Below are positions 29,060 through 37,134 of a stretch of 40,074 nucleotides of DNA, piece by piece. The translations under genes and the position numbers were made by a program. This DNA comes from a virus, in IMG/VR virus record IMGVR_UViG_3300029743_000013, positions 1 to 40,074 of that record, one strand, 5' to 3'. The notes below the pieces were generated by a model, which had not been told where the DNA came from, ran no database searches, and saw only the letters and a list, made by a program, of their open reading frames with translations. Positions within the stretch are counted from its first letter, which is position 1. Each line of letters begins with the position of its first letter.

Positions 29060-29753
29060 AACCGACCACCAGCTTTTCCATCGCCTTCCGGATCACACTG
29101 CCGCCGTAGGCATCCTTGGTCAGGGCCAGAAACTCTCGCAGGGTCATGGTGTCGCTGTCCACGTCTATTCCGTGGTCGCGGGCAAACTGACGGCGGCCCA
29201 TGTCGCAGCTTCCGGTAAGGCGGTGATGCCAGTCATAAAAATACTGCGCAGGGTATGCCCTGCCGTCCTCCGTCTCTTTCAAAAATGCCGCGATGCGCTC
29301 CTCCACCGGCATATCTCCAAACAGCTTGTCCCTAAGAGCCTCCATCGCCTTTGCCAGCGTTGCACCGTGGGCAAAGATGTTATCCTGTTTGGCAACGTAG
29401 CAGTTCGTAGTGGTCAGGTCGCGGTTCAGGATCACGCCGTGCGCCACGTTCCCCCGCACGTGGCGGAGGATCGTGGGCACCCCGTCGATGGTATACACCG
29501 GTTCGCTGTTAAAGGATCTTATGCCGTCGCCGTAGCCGGAGCCGGAGCCGGAGCCGTAGCCGGAGCCGGAGCCGTCGCCGTCGCCGTCGCCGTAGCCGTC
29601 GCCGGAGCCGTCGCCGTAGCCGGAGCCGGAGCCGTAGCCGGAGCCGGAGCCGTCGCCGGAGCCGGAGCCGTAGCCGGAGCCGGAGCCGTCGCCGTCGCCG
29701 TAGCCGTCGCTTACAGACAAAAATGCTTTGACTTTCTCATCCAGCGCGCTCAT
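29046..29753 (-). CDS. protein with N-terminal (G/S/Y/D) low-complexity repeat and conserved-looking C-terminal domain
   Basis: ATG 29753 after AAGGAG, in an ATGA overlap upstream. About 60 aa of GYGDGDGSGSGYGSGSGDGSGSGYG..., then IRSFNSEPVYTIDGVPTILRHVRGNVAHGVILN... Confidence 0.75.
   Translation of the reverse strand: MSALDEKVKAFLSVSDGYGDGDGSGSGYGSGSGDGSGSGYGSGSGYGDGSGDGYGDGDGDGSGSGYGSGSGSGYGDGIRSFNSEPVYTIDGVPTILRHVRGNVAHGVILNRDLTTTNCYVAKQDNIFAHGATLAKAMEALRDKLFGDMPVEERIAAFLKETEDGRAYPAQYFYDWHHRLTGSCDMGRRQFARDHGIDVDSDTMTLREFLALTKDAYGGSVIRKAMEKLVVGYERT
29524..29710. repeat. degenerate 6-nt-based coding repeat (gccgga/gccgta/gccgtc)
   Basis: Seen directly in the sequence. Encodes the GS(Y/D)G tract. 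Confidence 0.9.
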
Positions 29754-30082
29754 CGCTTCCACTCCTTCACGCCGCTGATGGATGCCGTGGCCTTTTCGGT
29801 GCAGGGGATCACCTGGATCACCCCGGTCACTTCCATCAACGGTACCGTCACAGTAAACTTGCAGTCACCGGGGGTCTTGGTGCCGTCCATAGCCAGTTGC
29901 TCGATGGCGCAGGCACCGTTCCAGTACCACAGCTTGCGCACATTGGTCATGGTCGCTTCCGTGCCGCGTCGTTCCTTGATGCCACCGAAAAACACGCCTG
30001 CGCGGTCGCAGCGGACAATGTACATCTGCTCGTTCTTCTCGTTCTTCTCGTTCTTCTCGTTCTTCTCGTTCTTCTCATTCAT
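29750..30082 (-). CDS. small protein with N-terminal (NEK)x5 repeat (core resembles DUF6948-like phage proteins)
   Basis: ACGGAGGAAAG RBS before ATG 30082. MNEKNEKNEKNEKNEKNEQMYIVRCDRAGVFFGGIKERRG... Confidence 0.75.
   Translation of the reverse strand: MNEKNEKNEKNEKNEKNEQMYIVRCDRAGVFFGGIKERRGTEATMTNVRKLWYWNGACAIEQLAMDGTKTPGDCKFTVTVPLMEVTGVIQVIPCTEKATASISGVKEWKR
30026..30079. repeat. 9-nt tandem repeat x6 (cttctcgtt)
   Basis: Four perfect units at 30035-30070, flanked by one imperfect unit on each side. Confidence 0.95.
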
Positions 30083-30127
30083 GGTATCTTTCCTCCGTAT
30101 TTTTTATTTCACCGGCATGCCGGCGTT

Positions 30128-30466
30128 TTATTGATTTCGTTCGCCGTAAGAACAAAAGTCCTCCGGCTTTCGCTTCTGCCAAGCCGCTGAGTGTATGTTG
30201 CCGTCCGAGTAAATTTTCAGGCAGACACCCATGTCGTAGTGCTTGCAATCCTTGCAGCATACCACCGGAGCAACATCAGCGGCGGGAGCACCGTTTACTT
30301 CCCGCAACACTTTGGCAGCCAGCAAGTACGGGATTTCCTGTGGGTTCTCCGAGAACACATCCTTGGTGTAAACAGCACCGTGATAACGCTTCGTGTTTTC
30401 GATTGCTCTCGCACCGGCGTTCATGGCAAGCATGAGTTCTTCCGTGCGTTCGATGTATTCAGCCAT
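30128..30466 (-). CDS. hypothetical early protein (MAEYIER.. family)
   Basis: ATG 30466 is preferred by analogy with the MAKYIERDAL remnant at 30894. C-terminal CCKDCKHY..C. Confidence 0.65.
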   Translation of the reverse strand: MAEYIERTEELMLAMNAGARAIENTKRYHGAVYTKDVFSENPQEIPYLLAAKVLREVNGAPAADVAPVVCCKDCKHYDMGVCLKIYSDGNIHSAAWQKRKPEDFCSYGERNQ

Positions 30467-30647
30467 TTTCAGCACCATCCCATTCTAACGGTTTGCCGCA
30501 CATCGGGCATTTTTCAGCCTTCTTCTCTTCGACCACCAGCCCCAACTGCCGCTTGCAATGCGGACAGTACGGTATATGCCACCAGCCGAAACTTCCGCCA
30601 AGTTTCCATTTCTTGTCGCAGTAAAAAGGCTTTTTAGGTTCAGCCAT
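30459..30647 (-). CDS. zinc-ribbon protein
   Basis: CAGGAGGACTGACA RBS. CPHC...CPMC. Confidence 0.65.
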   Translation of the reverse strand: MAEPKKPFYCDKKWKLGGSFGWWHIPYCPHCKRQLGLVVEEKKAEKCPMCGKPLEWDGAENG

Positions 30648-30671
30648 TGTCAGTCCTCCTGTTCAACGCTT

Positions 30672-30848
30672 TCAGCCAGTTTGGATAATTCTCCACTCCT
30701 CCGGCCTTTTCTGCGCGGCCCTAATTTGTTCCAGTGGCCCGCGCTCCTCACACACAGCGTACTGCTTCCAACGGTAGCTTTGGAACGTGCGGTTTTTAGT
30801 CAGCTCCTCGTGGGGGATGTAGAGCGATTTGTACTCAAGAACATACAT
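30672..30848 (-). CDS. 58-aa hypothetical protein
   Basis: GAGGGGG lies upstream of ATG 30848. MYVLEYKSLYIPHEELTKNRTFQSYRWKQYAVCEERGPLEQIRAAQKRPEEWRIIQTG. Confidence 0.5.
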   Translation of the reverse strand: MYVLEYKSLYIPHEELTKNRTFQSYRWKQYAVCEERGPLEQIRAAQKRPEEWRIIQTG

Positions 30849-31122
30849 CGCCGATTCGCCCCCTCAGCGCGTCCCGCTCAATGTATTTAGCCATTGTCAG
30901 CCCTCCTGCACATAGCACCAGCTTTGGGGCGGGCGCTTGAGGTGCAGGCTCTCGTTGCCGGATGTAGTCCTCGTGCGGGTACTTCGGCAGTGTGCAGTAG
31001 ATGTACACCCTGAACGGTGTGTTCAGCTTCGGGCGGGTCTTGCGCACCTCAATGGTCTTTTCGCCGTTGACGATCTTCTCGCACCACTTCGGGCGGATGC
31101 TTATCATCACAGATTTGCTCAT
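30835..31122 (-). pseudogene. truncated ASCH-domain gene read through into the RBS and start of a truncated MAKYIER.. paralogue
   Basis: ATG 31122 after AAAGGAGG. MSKSVMISIRPKWCEKIVNGEKTIEVRKTRPKLNTPFRVYIYCT is ASCH-like for only about 50 aa. The frame then crosses caggagggctgacaATG (30894) and stops 19 codons later. Confidence 0.5.
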
Positions 31123-31136
31123 GCCTTTTCCTCCTT

Positions 31137-31295
31137 TTAGCTCATATTTCGCACTGTCAGCGCGGTATACAGGATACACGCACCCAGCCATTGCAAACTG
31201 GTAGCCCAGTCTCCCTTGCTGGCGATATTTACCACCAAACTGCCCAGCGCACCGGCTACCATCAGCAGCGGGAAAACAATTTTCAAAATTTCCAT
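31137..31295 (-). CDS. 52-aa membrane protein
   Basis: MEILKIVFPLLMVAGALGSLVVNIASKGDWATSLQWLGACILYTALTVRNMS. TGATG coupling upstream. Confidence 0.5.
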   Translation of the reverse strand: MEILKIVFPLLMVAGALGSLVVNIASKGDWATSLQWLGACILYTALTVRNMS

Positions 31296-31513
31296 CACTC
31301 CACCTCCACATACGCCAATCTCAAAATATCGTCTACTAAACTGTCACAGCTGTCGCAGATGTAATCACCAGAATCATCGTAAAACTGATATGCTGTGCAT
31401 GGTACAGCTTTAATCCCGGTGTATAACTCCAAACGTCTGATAAATTCGCCGTAATCGAATTCTTCAAGCGTTCTAAGCTCTTGAAACTGTTGTCTTGTGA
31501 TGCTGCTCGTCAC
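31295..31513 (-). CDS. 72-aa acidic hypothetical protein
   Basis: GTG start after CAGGAGGTGAA. GTGA overlap upstream. Confidence 0.6.
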   Translation of the reverse strand: MTSSITRQQFQELRTLEEFDYGEFIRRLELYTGIKAVPCTAYQFYDDSGDYICDSCDSLVDDILRLAYVEVE

Positions 31514-31824
31514 TTCACCTCCTGACCCCAGAATTCTTTACGACAGTCAGCGCACAGCCGTTTTGTACAGTTACCGTATCTGTTCCGGCAATCAGTGGAA
31601 ATGCGCTTTGGGCATAGCACCAAACACCCGCTGCTGTCAATTTCCCCCTCCGGATACTGCGCCAGAAACACGCTTTGCCGCGTTTTGCGCGGATGTGCGG
31701 CAGACCACGCTTCGACTTCTGCGACGACATCTTCTGCTTTCGTGTTATAATCGTTAATGCCTTTCTTGATACATCCAAGTGTATACATTCTTCTGCGCTC
31801 CTTGACAAACTTCACAGCGTCCAT
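31510..31824 (-). CDS. hypothetical Cys-rich protein
   Basis: AAAGGAGGAAAAG RBS. 104 aa. Confidence 0.65.
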   Translation of the reverse strand: MDAVKFVKERRRMYTLGCIKKGINDYNTKAEDVVAEVEAWSAAHPRKTRQSVFLAQYPEGEIDSSGCLVLCPKRISTDCRNRYGNCTKRLCADCRKEFWGQEVK

Positions 31825-32121
31825 TTACTTTTCCTCCTTTTCCGCCACGGCCTTGGCAAACTGCGCCAGTCCATCACTCATGTCCGCGATCTGCGCATCC
31901 CGCCGCAGTACAGTATCACGCAGGGCGGCGTTGGCCTGCAACAGTGCCTCGATGTGCCGCTGCTGGTTCTCGATCAGGTCAGCGGCGGCAACATTTTTCT
32001 TTGTGCAGCAGTCGCCCAGTTCGTCGCACGTGTTGTAAAACGCGCAGGTTGTTCTGCACTCATATTCGCAATCAAGGCTTGCACAGCACCGCAGCGCGGT
32101 CACGATCTCATCTCTGGACAT
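31825..32121 (-). CDS. hypothetical protein (Cys-rich N-terminus, coiled-coil C-terminus)
   Basis: AAAAGGAGCAGG RBS. 98 aa. Confidence 0.65.
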   Translation of the reverse strand: MSRDEIVTALRCCASLDCEYECRTTCAFYNTCDELGDCCTKKNVAAADLIENQQRHIEALLQANAALRDTVLRRDAQIADMSDGLAQFAKAVAEKEEK

Positions 32122-32366
32122 ACCTGCTCCTTTTTGTACCTCGTAGCAAAGTCTCCAGCTTCATAGCGCTCACACCGCTCCATTTCGGGTGTCCTGACCT
32201 TGATGCTGGGGAGTTCCTTTCTGCCAAGGGCATATTCCTCCCGGTGCTTCAACAGCCAATCACGGTAACACTTTCCCTGATCACTGTTTTCCACCATGAC
32301 GCAATACCCACTCCCCGCTGGGCCTTTTCTGCTTTCATCCAGCCATTTGCATCCGTGACAATTCAC
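32100..32366 (-). CDS. hypothetical Cys-containing protein
   Basis: GTG start after AAAGGAGGAG. 88 aa. Confidence 0.6.
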   Translation of the reverse strand: MNCHGCKWLDESRKGPAGSGYCVMVENSDQGKCYRDWLLKHREEYALGRKELPSIKVRTPEMERCERYEAGDFATRYKKEQVCPEMRS

Positions 32367-32367
32367 G

Positions 32368-32523
32368 TTACTCCTCCTTTTCCCACCGAATTTTCATTTG
32401 TGCCGGATATAGGTCAACCTCCGGTCTGCCCACAATGGCAACGCCCACGATCTTCATACCGTCCGTGCAGCCAAAGTTGTCCACGATGATCTCACCGGTC
32501 ATCGTCTCTTGTGCAAAAACCAT
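32368..32523 (-). CDS. 51-aa hypothetical protein
   Basis: MVFAQETMTGEIIVDNFGCTDGMKIVGVAIVGRPEVDLYPAQMKIRWEKEE. It fills the gap between the flanking genes exactly. Confidence 0.45.
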   Translation of the reverse strand: MVFAQETMTGEIIVDNFGCTDGMKIVGVAIVGRPEVDLYPAQMKIRWEKEE

Positions 32524-32526
32524 ATC

Positions 32527-32802
32527 CTAATCTCCAAAGCCCACGCCGTACTCCTCCGCCAGCATATCCTTGATATGCCGCCGCCGGATGCGGCCATTGT
32601 TGATCTCCTGTGTGATCTTCTCCAGGCACTCGTACAGATACGCGATGCTCTGCGTGTCTCGGCTGTCCGGCGTCTCCTCCTGAACGTGCCAGCCGCACTT
32701 GTCCAGCAGCGCCATTGCCACCATGTCCATGCACTCCTGCGTACCGCGCCGCTTGCCGTCCATAAAGATCCGGTCGTCCCGGCTCAAATGCTGCTTGCCC
32801 AT
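32527..32802 (-). CDS. hypothetical protein
   Basis: AGGAGTGAGG RBS. 91 aa. Confidence 0.6.
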   Translation of the reverse strand: MGKQHLSRDDRIFMDGKRRGTQECMDMVAMALLDKCGWHVQEETPDSRDTQSIAYLYECLEKITQEINNGRIRRRHIKDMLAEEYGVGFGD

Positions 32803-32803
32803 G

Positions 32804-33877
32804 TCAATACCTCACTCCTATGTAGTCCAGCACCCGCGCATAACCAAGGCCGTCTTTCGTGGGCTTCCACAGCCCGTCCGTGTCGAATGCGCCGCCGCCG
32901 ATGCAGAATTGGTAGTGCTTCGGGTGCGTTTCTTTCATGCGCTGAAATCGGTTGATCCCCTTTTCCAGATGCGAACCGAAACCGCAGAACATACAGCCCG
33001 TTCTTTGGCAGCCAGTGCAATGCAGCTGGCAGTCCACCAGCGTCGCGTCGTAGTCGTTCTCGCCGTCGCTGGCCACGATGTCGCCGTACACGCTGGCGTA
33101 GGGGAGTTGACGCTCCACGATAAATTGCAGCACATCCTGCTCCGTCCAGAAACTCATGGGCTTAGATAAGGGACGCCTTCCATCAAAAGCGTTGCAGCCG
33201 GTTTCGCGCCATTTTTGCATACGCAGAAGACTTTCCTCCGCCATTGTTGCCGTCGTGGGCTTGACATCCGCTCGGTGCTCATAGCTCTTTGCCGGGGACT
33301 TTTTCATAATTCCACAGCACTTGTCTGATATGAGAAATGGAGCCGAAAGCAAATACGCCCACTTTTCACAGTTGTACATACTCTTTTCCCCATCGGCGCG
33401 TAAGACTTCCCCACGCAATAGCTTCATACTTCGGCTATCTGGAGAACGCCGCGCGGTTTCTATCCGGTGCGCTACGTCTTTACCGATGATGCTGTACCCG
33501 TACTTCGTCACCACATGCAGAATGTTCATCTTCGGACGCAGGCGTACAAGATTGACAGTCACGCGGAGAAACTCCCTCCGCAGCCACGCGGCGTACTCAT
33601 TCACGAACTTCTGAATTTCAGGGTATTCCAGCCCGGTATTCACAAACACCAGATTCAGCTCCCACGGCGGCGTCCTGAAACTCGCCAGATACCGCGCCGC
33701 CAGATACGCCAGCACCGTGCTGTCCTTGCCGCCTGAAAACGACACATAGCACTGTCCGCCCCATGCGGTGTACCACTCGTCCAGTTTCTCGTAGGTGGTC
33801 AGTTCCTTTGCCGTCAAATCCAGCGCCATCAGCTTTCGTGCCGCATCTTTTGTCAGCGGCTGATTTGTCGGCATCAT
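32804..33877 (-). CDS. PAPS-reductase-family (PP-loop ATPase) protein with C-terminal Cys cluster
   Basis: YVSFSGGKDSTV is a PP-loop. The C-terminal cluster is CTGCQRTGCMFCGFG. ATG 33877 after GGAGGAGGG. Confidence 0.85.
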   Translation of the reverse strand: MMPTNQPLTKDAARKLMALDLTAKELTTYEKLDEWYTAWGGQCYVSFSGGKDSTVLAYLAARYLASFRTPPWELNLVFVNTGLEYPEIQKFVNEYAAWLRREFLRVTVNLVRLRPKMNILHVVTKYGYSIIGKDVAHRIETARRSPDSRSMKLLRGEVLRADGEKSMYNCEKWAYLLSAPFLISDKCCGIMKKSPAKSYEHRADVKPTTATMAEESLLRMQKWRETGCNAFDGRRPLSKPMSFWTEQDVLQFIVERQLPYASVYGDIVASDGENDYDATLVDCQLHCTGCQRTGCMFCGFGSHLEKGINRFQRMKETHPKHYQFCIGGGAFDTDGLWKPTKDGLGYARVLDYIGVRY

Positions 33878-34065
33878 CACTCGCCCTCCTCCAGACGCAC
33901 CACCTCATAGCATCCGTAGCTTCCGCCGTGCCGGAACGCCTTGCAGATACCCACACGGACATTCTGATATTTCCGACCGGACAACTGCGCCAGCTCCGCC
34001 GTGGTCGTACCCCACCAGCGGGGCAGGCGGTACTTATCGCGGGTGACGATCATGTAGACTGTCAT
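33877..34065 (-). CDS. 62-aa hypothetical protein
   Basis: ATG 34065 after GGGAGGTG. MTVYMIVTRDKYRLPRWWG... Confidence 0.55.
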   Translation of the reverse strand: MTVYMIVTRDKYRLPRWWGTTTAELAQLSGRKYQNVRVGICKAFRHGGSYGCYEVVRLEEGE

Positions 34066-34067
34066 GC

Positions 34068-34493
34068 TCACACCTCCCGGATGGCGAATCCGTACCGATT
34101 GCGGAACAGCTTTGCTTTCATGGCATACTCCCGCGTCCGCACACCCTTCACGTCCTCCACCACCGGCAACCAGTGCCGCTGACCGTAGCTGTCAGGGGAC
34201 GTCCGGCGCTCATACACGAAGTCCGCGATGTAGTCGATACTTTTCACGCGGTCGCCCTCAAACGTCGTGTACGCCTCTTGCAAGCAGTATCGCACCTGCA
34301 ATTTCAGCCCGCGTATCTCTCCGGTCTTTTGCAGCAGCATCAGCGCATCGTAGCGCTCCGCCTCCTTCTTGCTGTCAAAGGTCAGCTTGCCGCGCCGCGT
34401 CTTCTGGGCCTTGTACTTGCTTGGCTTGCGCATCTTCTCCATGACCTGCTTCTGTGCCGCAGGCCCCAGCCGCATCAGATCTTCACTGTTCAT
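34068..34493 (-). CDS. DUF1064-like (PD-(D/E)xK, resolvase-like) protein
   Basis: KYKAQKT..FDSKKEAERYDAL..IDYIADFVY..VEDVKG pattern, from memory. Confidence 0.7.
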   Translation of the reverse strand: MNSEDLMRLGPAAQKQVMEKMRKPSKYKAQKTRRGKLTFDSKKEAERYDALMLLQKTGEIRGLKLQVRYCLQEAYTTFEGDRVKSIDYIADFVYERRTSPDSYGQRHWLPVVEDVKGVRTREYAMKAKLFRNRYGFAIREV

Positions 34494-34695
34494 CCAACAA
34501 CCCTCTTCTCTCCAGTCCGCGCTTGCTCATAGTGTAGCGCTTGACCGTCGTCATTTTCTGCTCTTTGCCGCAGCGCTGGCACACACCCTGCGCCCAGCCG
34601 CGGAACGCTGGCTCGATGATGTATTCCGCCGCCATCTCCTGCAAACAGGCCACGCACAGCCGCGCTCTGGCCACACGCCAGATGCCTTTATCCAT
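34483..34695 (-). CDS. 70-aa Cys-containing hypothetical protein
   Basis: AAGGAGG RBS. Confidence 0.6.
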   Translation of the reverse strand: MDKGIWRVARARLCVACLQEMAAEYIIEPAFRGWAQGVCQRCGKEQKMTTVKRYTMSKRGLERRGLLDEQ

Positions 34696-35086
34696 CCAGC
34701 GCCTCCTTGGCCTCCTGCCACGTCATACCGTGTTCCCGTGCATAGCAGGAGATACGGCCCAGCTTGCGCTCCTTGTGGACGTAATCCCGCATCCATGCGG
34801 TCTTTTTGTCACACACCTGCTGCACAGCGCCGGGAAGCGCCGCCGTGCGGCTTGCAAGCTCCGCCGCGCGCTGTTTTATCTGCCCGACAACAGGGGGAAA
34901 CCCTTTGCTGTCAGACGCGATAAACGCCCTCACAGCCGCAGCAACGGTGTTGTAGCTGTCCTCGGCGAATATATCCGCCCACAGCGCCACCACGCCCTCC
35001 GCGTCCTGCCGCGTCATACCTCGGTAAAAGTTCGGGTATGCAGCCTGCAAAACGGCCATGATCTTCAACGTCTCGCCCTGTGTCAT
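34688..35086 (-). CDS. helicase loader/inhibitor-like protein (SPP1 G39P-like)
   Basis: IMAVLQAAYPNFY...WADIFAEDSYNTVAAAVRAFIASDSKGFPPVVGQIK. Confidence 0.65.
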   Translation of the reverse strand: MTQGETLKIMAVLQAAYPNFYRGMTRQDAEGVVALWADIFAEDSYNTVAAAVRAFIASDSKGFPPVVGQIKQRAAELASRTAALPGAVQQVCDKKTAWMRDYVHKERKLGRISCYAREHGMTWQEAKEALDG

Positions 35087-35712
35087 TGCCTCTCCTCCAG
35101 CATCTCCAGAAACACGTTGCCGCTTGCCTTGCTCACTGCGCCGTGGTCATCCTTCCAGCGCGTTTCCCAGTTCCGCACGGCGGCTTTCCAGTCCTTCATG
35201 CGGTTTTTGCCGACCATCCAGCCCTTCTGCTGGTAGAACGACACAAAGCGCTCTGCATTGACGTGATAGCCTTTCTCGCTGACATACGCTGCCACGTCGT
35301 CAACGGTCGGCGGTGTGAAGCGCGCCGCGCGTGTATCACTCACACCGTTAGGTGGGAGTGAATTGGTTTTGGTTTTGTCTTTGGTTTCGGTTTTGTCTTT
35401 GGTTTGGTACGTTTCGTATACGGTCGTATCCGTTCGTATACCATCGTATACGGTCGTACCATCCTGACGTGCATATCGTTTTTCTATGTTGCGTTGGTTC
35501 TTTTCGCATCGCTCGTCATACGCCGCTTTCGCCCTGTTTATATCGTCCGCAATAAAATCAAATGCGATCGACTCCCGTCCCGTAAGTTCCTCCGTCTCTC
35601 CAGTCTCGCCATATTCCAGCAAAGACCGTACAAGCCGACCTACCTCTTGATCTGAAAGTTTCTCTAATTTCTTGCGATAACTGTAATAAAAGGGAATGTA
35701 CTCAAGAGCCAC
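35083..35712 (-). CDS. replisome organiser / replication initiator-like protein
   Basis: GTG start after AAGGGGGGG. The C-terminal PTVDDVAAYVSEKGYHVNAERFVSFYQQKGWMVGKNRMKDWKAAVRNW is typical of phage DnaD-like organisers. A central low-complexity linker is encoded by DNA iterons. Confidence 0.7.
   Translation of the reverse strand: MALEYIPFYYSYRKKLEKLSDQEVGRLVRSLLEYGETGETEELTGRESIAFDFIADDINRAKAAYDERCEKNQRNIEKRYARQDGTTVYDGIRTDTTVYETYQTKDKTETKDKTKTNSLPPNGVSDTRAARFTPPTVDDVAAYVSEKGYHVNAERFVSFYQQKGWMVGKNRMKDWKAAVRNWETRWKDDHGAVSKASGNVFLEMLEERQ
35365..35460. repeat. candidate origin iterons inside the organiser gene
   Basis: ggttttgtctttggttt occurs twice (35371, 35389). tcgtat(a/c)c then occurs five times at an exact 10-nt period (35414, 35424, 35434, 35444, 35454; the last copy is degenerate). 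Confidence 0.5.
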
Positions 35713-35725
35713 TATGCGCCCCCCC

Positions 35726-36055
35726 TTAGTCCATAAGGGGTGGATCCTTCTTCATCGCCCCGATGACGTAAACGCCGCGCTCCTTGTCCAACGCCACCTG
35801 CACGGTGTAGTCCGTCAGTGCCTGCGTCACCAGCTTCGCAGGGATCTCCAGATGGTAGCCCCACAGTGTGTCGCAGTCCTCACGCTTCTCGCCGAACTGT
35901 ACGGCACAGGCAGCGTAGTGCGCATCCATGCCGCGCCTGAACGCCTCGTTCACGCTCTCCGCGTCCTCGATGTGCTGCCTCTGGCGCTGTACGATGTTTT
36001 CCAGGTGCCGATTCTGCCGCCGCAGACCCTTGATCTCATCCTGCATCTTTCCCAT
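35726..36055 (-). CDS. hypothetical coiled-coil protein
   Basis: GAAAGGAAG RBS. 109 aa. Confidence 0.6.
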   Translation of the reverse strand: MGKMQDEIKGLRRQNRHLENIVQRQRQHIEDAESVNEAFRRGMDAHYAACAVQFGEKREDCDTLWGYHLEIPAKLVTQALTDYTVQVALDKERGVYVIGAMKKDPPLMD

Positions 36056-36260
36056 TCTTTTCTTCCTTTCTCTCGTACTCGTCCGTCAGGTGCCGTGCGA
36101 TGGTGCAACGCTCCCACGCACCGGCACAGAATTGATTCATGAAGCGGGATGCCGCGCCGCCCGTCTCGAAGCTGACGCGGCTTCCGCCCTCGCAGCAGAC
36201 CCGCCGTTTCTCGCTGCTGGTGAAGTAGGGGCAGGTGTACCGCTTGTGCCAGTAATCCAT
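36036..36260 (-). CDS. 74-aa Cys-rich hypothetical protein
   Basis: ATG 36260 after GGAGGGG. MDYWHKRYTCPYFTSSEKRRVCCEGG... Confidence 0.55.
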   Translation of the reverse strand: MDYWHKRYTCPYFTSSEKRRVCCEGGSRVSFETGGAASRFMNQFCAGAWERCTIARHLTDEYERKEEKNGKDAG

Positions 36261-36277
36261 GCCGCTTACCCCTCCCA

Positions 36278-36688
36278 TCAGAACGGTATGTCGCCGTCCG
36301 CGTCAAAGTCCTCGTCCACATCCACGAACTGTCCGCCACCGTATCTATTGGCGCCGCTGTCCGCGTCCTTTTTGGCGTCGCCAAAGTAGATGTTGTCCGC
36401 CAGCACCTCGGCGTTCCGGCGCTTGTTGCCGTCCTTGTCCGTCCAGTCCCGCAGCTGCAAGCGCCCCTCCACCACGGCCATGCGGCCCTTGGTGAAATAC
36501 TTGGATACGAACTCGGCGGTGTTGCGCCACGCCACCACGTCAATAAAATCCGTGTCCTTGGTGCCGTCCGCGTTCTTAAAGTCCCGGTCTACCGCCAGTG
36601 TAAAACTGGTGACGGCGGTGCCGTTCTGCGTCCTGCGCAGTTCCGGATCGCGGGTCAGGCGTCCCATAATGAAAATCTTGTTCAGCAT
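36278..36688 (-). CDS. ssb: single-stranded DNA-binding protein
   Basis: ATG 36688 after AAGGAG. MLNKIFIMGRLTRDPELRRTQNGTAVTSFTLAV is an OB fold, and the acidic tail ends DGDIPF. Confidence 0.92.
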   Translation of the reverse strand: MLNKIFIMGRLTRDPELRRTQNGTAVTSFTLAVDRDFKNADGTKDTDFIDVVAWRNTAEFVSKYFTKGRMAVVEGRLQLRDWTDKDGNKRRNAEVLADNIYFGDAKKDADSGANRYGGGQFVDVDEDFDADGDIPF

Positions 36689-36689
36689 T

Positions 36690-37115
36690 TCAAATCTCCT
36701 TATCCAATTCTTTTTGTTCCGCAAACTTGTACATCATATGTGCTGCATACGAAATGGCCTGCATTAGATCCAGTTCCCGTGTGCCTTTCACCTTGGAATA
36801 CGCCTTGCATATCTCCGTCCCCTGGAAATACATATGCAATACAACTTTTTCTGGAGAAACATCCAACCCCAGCGTATACAGCCCAGCCTGACTGTTGGCT
36901 TTTGTAGGTTGAACGTCTTCCTTTTTCTGAAACGCGCCATTCTCCACTCCAAGCTCTCGCACTAACAGGTCGTATGTGTAGTCAGCCATATCGCCTGTGC
37001 AAGAGCACAGAAAGTTTGAGTTGCGACCGATGCGCCTACACACATCAGATTGCGTCATACCGTGCTCCCGAATATGCTTTTTTATAGCCGGGATATCAAC
37101 CTTGATTCGTTTCAT
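36690..37115 (-). CDS. HTH-containing hypothetical protein (AT-richer gene)
   Basis: IREHGMTQSDVCRRIGRNSNFL. 141 aa. Confidence 0.6.
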   Translation of the reverse strand: MKRIKVDIPAIKKHIREHGMTQSDVCRRIGRNSNFLCSCTGDMADYTYDLLVRELGVENGAFQKKEDVQPTKANSQAGLYTLGLDVSPEKVVLHMYFQGTEICKAYSKVKGTRELDLMQAISYAAHMMYKFAEQKELDKEI

Positions 37116-37134
37116 TTCTTTTCACCCATTCCTC

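Noticed and set aside
30112-30123. 12-bp perfect palindrome ccggcatgccgg as a terminator after 29750..30082
   Set aside because: The U-run follows on the plus strand, not on the transcribed minus strand, and the stem would have no loop. It may be a protein-binding site, but there is no further support.
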